64,000 nt of DNA from an uncultured delta proteobacterium (GTDB lineage: Bacteria; Myxococcota_A; Polyangia; Polyangiales; Polyangiaceae): the NCBI GenBank assembly GCA_963806225.1, contig CAWDXG010000003.1, forward strand, positions 32,001 to 96,000, given 5' to 3'. A model generated the notes under the pieces. The model saw only the letters and a list, made by a program, of their open reading frames with translations. It ran no database searches and was not told where the DNA came from. The position numbers were made by a program, and so were the translations under genes. The first letter of the stretch is position 1. The number at the start of each line of letters is the position of its first letter. This document shows positions 57,978 to 64,000 of the stretch, one piece after another.

Positions 57978-58974
57978 TCAGGCTGGACCGCCGTCACTCG
58001 GCGGCGGATTCATCGGGGAGCTCGGCACAGGGTTCACGGGAGAGCTGTTGCCGTCGATCGACCAGACATCGAGCCGGCGCAGGTCCTCCCACACCTGCGC
58101 AGGCGACGTGTAACGGTACTGTTCGTGCCGGCGCAGCATCACGCTGATCACGCGTCCGACCTCCGTACCCAGCGCCTCGGCGCGCGCCCGCGGCACGCCC
58201 TCGCGGATCTGCCGGATGATCTGGTCGTAGCCGAGGGACAGATCGAGCGGGTACTCGCCGGTGTGCATCACGTACATCAAGCAGCCCGAGCTGGTAGAGG
58301 TCGCTCTGCTTGGTCGAGTAGCCGCCGGCTGCGACTTCCGGCGCCATGATGCGATGGTGCACGATGTCCGGGCGCACGGCGGCCTGCCCGTACAGCTCCT
58401 GGGCGATGCCCAGATCGCTGATCTTGCACATGAGCTTCTTGTCCTGCACGACGAGGATGTTCCCGGCATGCAGGTCGTTGTGCACGATCTGGTTGTCGTT
58501 GAGGTACTGGATCGCGAACAGCAGCTGGCGCGAGATGTCCACCACGAGCCGGTCGGTGAACGGCACACCGAGCATGTCTTCCAGGCTGTGATCGCAGCGC
58601 TCGAGCACCAGATAGAACAGGCCGCCTGTCTCGAAATAGTCGTGGACGTAGACGATGTTCGGGTGCCGCAGGCGCCGCAGGCGGTCTGGCCTCGCGCAGC
58701 CATTCGGCCCGGACTTGGTCGTAGGGGCGGTTCGCCGGCCGGAAGACCTTCAGCGCGAAGGACTGGTCGAAAGGGCCGACGCAGTCGAACACGGCGCCGA
58801 AGGCCCCCTCGCCCATCAAGTCCCCGAGCAGGTAGGTCCAGCCGCGCGGAGAGCGGACCACGCCCCCGGTCACTGGGAACGACAACGAGAACATCTGCCG
58901 GGTCACCGATTTCCTGGCGGGCCTAGGCCCTGTGCCCGGACGAGTGTACGTCGTCCCTTGCGCGGAGCAGCCAT
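57978..58974 (-). CDS. Atypical Ser/Thr kinase-like protein (frameshifted; start uncertain)
   Basis: GEGAFGAVF, FALKVF, HPNIV, HNDLHAGN, SDLG, MAPE, SDLYQLG. Confidence 0.8.
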
Positions 58975-59009
58975 TTTCGCTAGATGACCAGCCCCCTACG
59001 GAGACGAGC

Positions 59010-59183
59010 ATGTCGAATCGAGCCATCTGGAATGTCCGCAAGCGCCACGAGTGGCTGACCACGCAGCTCAAGGGCAAGCACCTCAGCCGCCGCAAGCGCC
59101 TGCGCATCGGTCTGGAGCAGGCGCTGGAGCGCAAGCGGGCCAAGCAGCCCGAGTCCGAGCAGCCCGGCCAGCCGCAAGGCTAG
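59010..59183 (+). CDS. Small basic hypothetical protein (57 aa)
   Basis: GGAG RBS, MSNRAIWNVRKRHEWL..., GC3-biased codons. Confidence 0.6.
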   Translation: MSNRAIWNVRKRHEWLTTQLKGKHLSRRKRLRIGLEQALERKRAKQPESEQPGQPQG

Positions 59184-59201
59184 GCTACCCACTCGTCCCG
59201 C

Positions 59202-60116
<915 letters not shown>

Positions 60117-60120
<4 letters not shown>

Positions 60121-60842
60121 GCTGGCTGCCCCCTGCCGGGAGAGGGCCGTTCGCGCTGCCCGACCAGGCACTGCGCCGCGAGCGGCAGCGCGGCGAGCAC
60201 GAGCACCGCTGCTGGTGCGCGACCCGCCGCAACCGCGTGCAACAGCACCACGGCCAGGGCCACGGCAAGCCCCGCTCCCAGCGTGCGGGATAACAACGAC
60301 AGCCTCGCCCCCGCCCACGGCGGTGCGGCGACCGCCAGCGGAAGAACCGCCAGCAGCGCCGCTAGCGAGCCCGGCGCGTCCGGAGCCCGCAGCGGATGCG
60401 CGCCGACGAACACGATCGCGCCGCTGGCAGCGACCCGCACGCCGACCCCCGGATCGAGAAGCGACGCCGCCTGCTGATGCCACGCCGCCTGCTGCGGCAT
60501 GGCAGGGAACAGCACGCCAACGTTCGCCCACGGCGAGACGAGCAGGCCGACCGCCAGGGCACCCACGAGCCAGCCCGCGAGGACTGGACCGCGTGCGACC
60601 CGCCACGGCGAAGCCCCCAGCGCCGAGATCGCGCCGATCTCGCCCCGCGCGCGGGCCTGCGAGAGCGCCACCCAGGCCCCGAGCGCGGCCAGCAGCGGAG
60701 CGAACGCCGCCATACGGGCAACGCGCATTGCCGGCGTGCTGAGCGGCTCGTCCGTGGCCGCCACCACCACCAGCGCCAGCAGCGTCAAGAGGACCGTGAA
60801 GCCCAGCGCGCGGCGGAACAGCAGACGATCGAACGGATGCAC
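60117..60842 (-). CDS. Short LptF/LptG-like membrane protein
   Basis: RGEIGAISALGASPWRV...P motif and several TM helices. Confidence 0.55.
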
Positions 60843-60929
60843 GGCTCGGACAATACTACGCGGGAAGTCGCCGGCCCGGGGTCGACCCCTTACTTGGCCG
60901 TTCCGGCCCTTCGTTGGTAGCGGCTACGC

Positions 60930-61472
60930 ATGCGTCCGCTCTGCTTCGCGCCTGTTGTCGCCCTGTTCTCGATGTTGGCACTGGGCTGCAGTGGCGGAAA
61001 GAACCCGAAGATCCCCGGCAACGAGCTCGGCACCTACCACGTGACGGGACACCTCGGTGCGTCGAGCTGCGGGCCCGGCGCGCTGGGCTCCTCGGACCTG
61101 TGGGAGTTCGACGTGAAGCTTTCGCGCGACGGCCACGATCTGTACTGGCTGAACGGCCAGGACGTGGTGCCCGGGCGGATCGCCGCCGACGGCGTGTCGT
61201 TCGCTTTCGACAGCCGCTCGGTGATCCAGGCGGAGCCGGCCGGCAAGGGCAAGCCGGGCTGCGCGATCGTACGCACCGACAAGGCCAGCGGCGCCCTGCA
61301 CGAGCAGGGCAGCGACGTGACCGGATTCGACGGGCTGATGCGCTTCGGCTACACCACCGACCCCACGTCGGACTGCAGCGACTTCGTCGGCGTGGCTGGC
61401 GGGTTCGACGGGTTGCCCTGCGAGATGAGCTACCAGGTGGACGCAACGCGCACCGCCGGGCCTGCAGAGTAG
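60930..61472 (+). CDS. Hypothetical lipoprotein
   Basis: Lipobox ALGC, typical codon usage, paired Cys. Confidence 0.7.
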   Translation: MRPLCFAPVVALFSMLALGCSGGKNPKIPGNELGTYHVTGHLGASSCGPGALGSSDLWEFDVKLSRDGHDLYWLNGQDVVPGRIAADGVSFAFDSRSVIQAEPAGKGKPGCAIVRTDKASGALHEQGSDVTGFDGLMRFGYTTDPTSDCSDFVGVAGGFDGLPCEMSYQVDATRTAGPAE

Positions 61473-61756
61473 CAGGGAATTTCGTTGGGGATTCCGTGAG
61501 CTACGTGTGATCCGGAGGCATGGAATGGCCCGCCCTTCCACCTCGTGATACGTCTGAACCAACGTCCAGGCCGGAGCACGGCTCCCGGAATGTTCCGCTG
61601 GGGGATGTCCCCCACACCTGGGCCGGTCCGAGGCCGCGCCGCGGTCTCCTTTCGCGGAAACGCTCCCGACAAGCTGGAAAGTCGCCAGCGATCGATCAGC
61701 TCTCGCTGGTGCTGCAAGCGGAGCGTCCGGCTCGCGCCGGAGGAGGTGATACACAC

Positions 61757-61798
61757 ATGAAGAGTAGTTGTAACCCCATCCCGGAGGGTGACCGCTAG
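61757..61798 (+). CDS. Candidate small ORF MKSSCNPIPEGDR
   Basis: Preceded by AGGAGGTGAT (61741..61750), fully complementary to the 16S 3' end, with a 6-nt spacer. Confidence 0.35.
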   Translation: MKSSCNPIPEGDR

Positions 61799-62068
61799 GT
61801 CCCTAGGCCGTTCCGCCCCCGGGCCCTGCCGGCTAGCCGGCGCGGCGCGGGGAAGCTCCGACGGCCACCCGCGATTCCCGGCGTCGCTCCTCGCGGAGAG
61901 GCGCCAGCGCGGGCACCTGGCAGTCTGCCGGGACCGGGGCTAGCTACGGCGGGCCGGGTGATAGGAATATCACCCGGCCCGTTTCCTTTTTGTCGTCAGC
62001 CTGCTCACCGAGGTTTGCAAGGACGCGCCGGACGGCTAGCCTCCGTCCCGCCCAGGGCCTCGAACACC

Positions 62069-63775
62069 ATGGACTTTCCTTCCCTGCTTGCGGCGTCCAC
62101 TTCGGCGCACGCCTTTTCGCTGTCTCACGCCACGGACTTCTTCTGGGACAACCCGATCTTCGCGCGGGACTCCTGGACGAACCTGATGAACGGGTTGCGC
62201 ATCCTGCTGACGATGGGCGGGGCGCTGCTGCTCATCCTCGAAGCGCGCGCCCTGAAGATGGGCGAGAAGATCCCGGAGAAGACGCGCCGGCGCATCGCCA
62301 TCGTGCTGACCGCCGTCGCGTTCGGGGCCTACTTCGACTTCTTCAACCCGAACACGCGCTACAGCCAGTACTACCACCGGCACGAGTTCTATCACTACTA
62401 CCTGGGCTCCAAGTTCAACCGCGAGCTCGAGTACACGAACCTGTACGAGTGCACGGCGATCGCGGAGATCGAGCTCGGGCGCGGCGCACAGGTCAGAAAC
62501 CGGGAGATCCGCGACCTCAGGGTGAACCTGATCAAGCCGGTGCGCGACACGTACGTGCTGAGCGACCCCGGCCAGTGCAAGAAGCGCTTCACTCCTGCGC
62601 GCTGGGCTGCGTTCAAGAAGGACGTCGACTGGTTCTATCACTCGGCGGCCGGCAGCTACTGGCAGAACATGCAGAAGGACCACGGGTACAACCCACCACC
62701 CGTGTGGACCATGGAGGGCAAGCTCTTCGCGAACTTCGGGGACGCCGGCAAGACGTTCTTCAAGGAGCTCGCCTCGCTGGACATCATCCTGCACATCGGG
62801 ATCGTGCTGCTCATCGGCTGGGCCTTCGGCTGGCGCGTCATGGCCATCGCCACCGTGTTCTGGGGGTGCAATGCGCCCGCCAACTTCTACTGGACGGGCG
62901 GCGCGTTCCTCAGACAGGACTGGCTCTTCTTCCTCGTAGCGTCCGTCTGTCTGGCGCGAAAACGCAAATACGGGATGTCCGGCGCCGCACTGACGTGGTC
63001 GTCCTTGTTACGCGTCTTCCCGATGATCCTGTTCGTCGGTCCGCTGGCGATCATGGCGTTCGAGCTGGTCCGGAAGCGGCGACTATTGCGCTCCTACAAG
63101 CGCTTCATCGGCGGCGCTGTGGTGGCCGGAGGGCTGCTCATCCCGACGAGCGTCATCGTCTGCGGCCCGCAGTCCTGGCCGGACTTCTTCAAGCACATCA
63201 TCACGCACAAGAACACGCCCCTGACCAACCAGATGGGCCTCGAGACGATGATCGTGCACACGTGGAAGGGCCGGATGCGCTTCACGCGCGACGACAACCT
63301 CGACGACCCGTTCCAACTCTGGAAGGAAGGGCGCGAGCATCGCATCCACCAGCACCGCTTCCTGTTCCTCGGGATCATCGGCCTCGTCTTCCTGTGGACG
63401 CTGTGGGCGCTCAGGCGCACGAAGCTCCTGTGGGTGGCGATCCCGCTGGGCTTGCCGATGGTCGCGTCGCTGACGAACCTGACTTGCTACTACTACTCGA
63501 TGTTCATGATCGCGGCCGTGCTGGCGTTGATACGACCACAACTGGGGCCAGTGATCCTGGCTGTCAGCGGCGCGAGCCAGGTCCTGCTCATCCGGTACTA
63601 CTGGGTGGACGACAAGTTCACTGCGCAGGCATGGCTGTTCTACTTCTTCGGCCTGCTGCTGCTCTACGCGTATTCGCGCCCCTTCAGCATGGCGCGGCTC
63701 AAGGCATGGTGGCGCGGCGAGCCCGAGCCGAAAGGAGGCCCTCCGCCGCCGGCCTCCGAAGCGCCGGCGAACTGA
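62069..63775 (+). CDS. Polytopic membrane protein, GT-C-like
   Basis: Many TM helices, periplasmic loop with HEFYHYYLGSK and DHGYNPPPVW, strong coding bias. Confidence 0.7.
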   Translation: MDFPSLLAASTSAHAFSLSHATDFFWDNPIFARDSWTNLMNGLRILLTMGGALLLILEARALKMGEKIPEKTRRRIAIVLTAVAFGAYFDFFNPNTRYSQYYHRHEFYHYYLGSKFNRELEYTNLYECTAIAEIELGRGAQVRNREIRDLRVNLIKPVRDTYVLSDPGQCKKRFTPARWAAFKKDVDWFYHSAAGSYWQNMQKDHGYNPPPVWTMEGKLFANFGDAGKTFFKELASLDIILHIGIVLLIGWAFGWRVMAIATVFWGCNAPANFYWTGGAFLRQDWLFFLVASVCLARKRKYGMSGAALTWSSLLRVFPMILFVGPLAIMAFELVRKRRLLRSYKRFIGGAVVAGGLLIPTSVIVCGPQSWPDFFKHIITHKNTPLTNQMGLETMIVHTWKGRMRFTRDDNLDDPFQLWKEGREHRIHQHRFLFLGIIGLVFLWTLWALRRTKLLWVAIPLGLPMVASLTNLTCYYYSMFMIAAVLALIRPQLGPVILAVSGASQVLLIRYYWVDDKFTAQAWLFYFFGLLLLYAYSRPFSMARLKAWWRGEPEPKGGPPPPASEAPAN

Positions 63776-63829
63776 GCAGCCGGCGCGCGACAGCGAACCC
63801 CGGGTGGACAGAGCCCGGGTGGGTTGAAA

Positions 63830-64000
63830 CTAGAGCGCGCGGCGGACGCCGGCGAGCGCCTCGACGAGTCCTTCGGGGAACGCGCGGAAGAGCACATCGA
63901 GGTGCTCCCAATCCGTCTGCACCGCGCGCACACCGACCAGCGGCGTCACCAAACCCAGCACCTTGCCAACCACGCGCTGCTTGGCGAGCTTCGGGTGCCT
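63830..64000 (-). CDS. 3' end of a hypothetical protein (partial)
   Basis: Open frame RHPKLAKQRVVGKVLG...AGVRRAL* running in from the window end. Confidence 0.5.
   Translation of the reverse strand, partial: RHPKLAKQRVVGKVLGLVTPLVGVRAVQTDWEHLDVLFRAFPEGLVEALAGVRRAL

Overview
High-GC (roughly 70% by eye) chromosomal window, most likely from a myxobacterium (Myxococcota, Polyangiaceae-like, inferred from a MYXO-CTERM protein, Cys-rich lipoproteins and Ser/Thr kinases). Single-base frameshifts break many essential genes (aroA, hisC, smc, pnp, rpsO, rpoN, guaA), which points to long-read indel error rather than pseudogenisation. Core content: fmdB-like/pheA/hisC/lipoprotein/aroA/cmk operon, smc, imuA-imuB-dnaE2 SOS mutagenesis cassette, larE, rpsO-pnp, a nucleotidase/lipoprotein/outer-membrane operon, dynamin-like/lptA/lptB/rpoN/hpf/ptsN/hprK/rapZ/ptsH/ptsI, ECF sigma factor, guaA, tRNA-Pro(TGG). 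The most unusual content is repeat- and mobile-DNA related. (1) An HUH tyrosine transposase (RAYT-like, with a C-terminal HTH) is bracketed by co-oriented arrays of a 51-bp hairpin repeat lacking the usual GTAG tag, back-to-back with the SOS cassette. (2) A 1.3-kb head-to-tail mosaic of GTAG-tagged REP units and a longer module carries a G-quadruplex motif. (3) A copy of that long module sits in-frame inside imuB, 30 kb away. (4) A 531-nt doubly deleted class IIC group II intron lies directly behind an intrinsic terminator.
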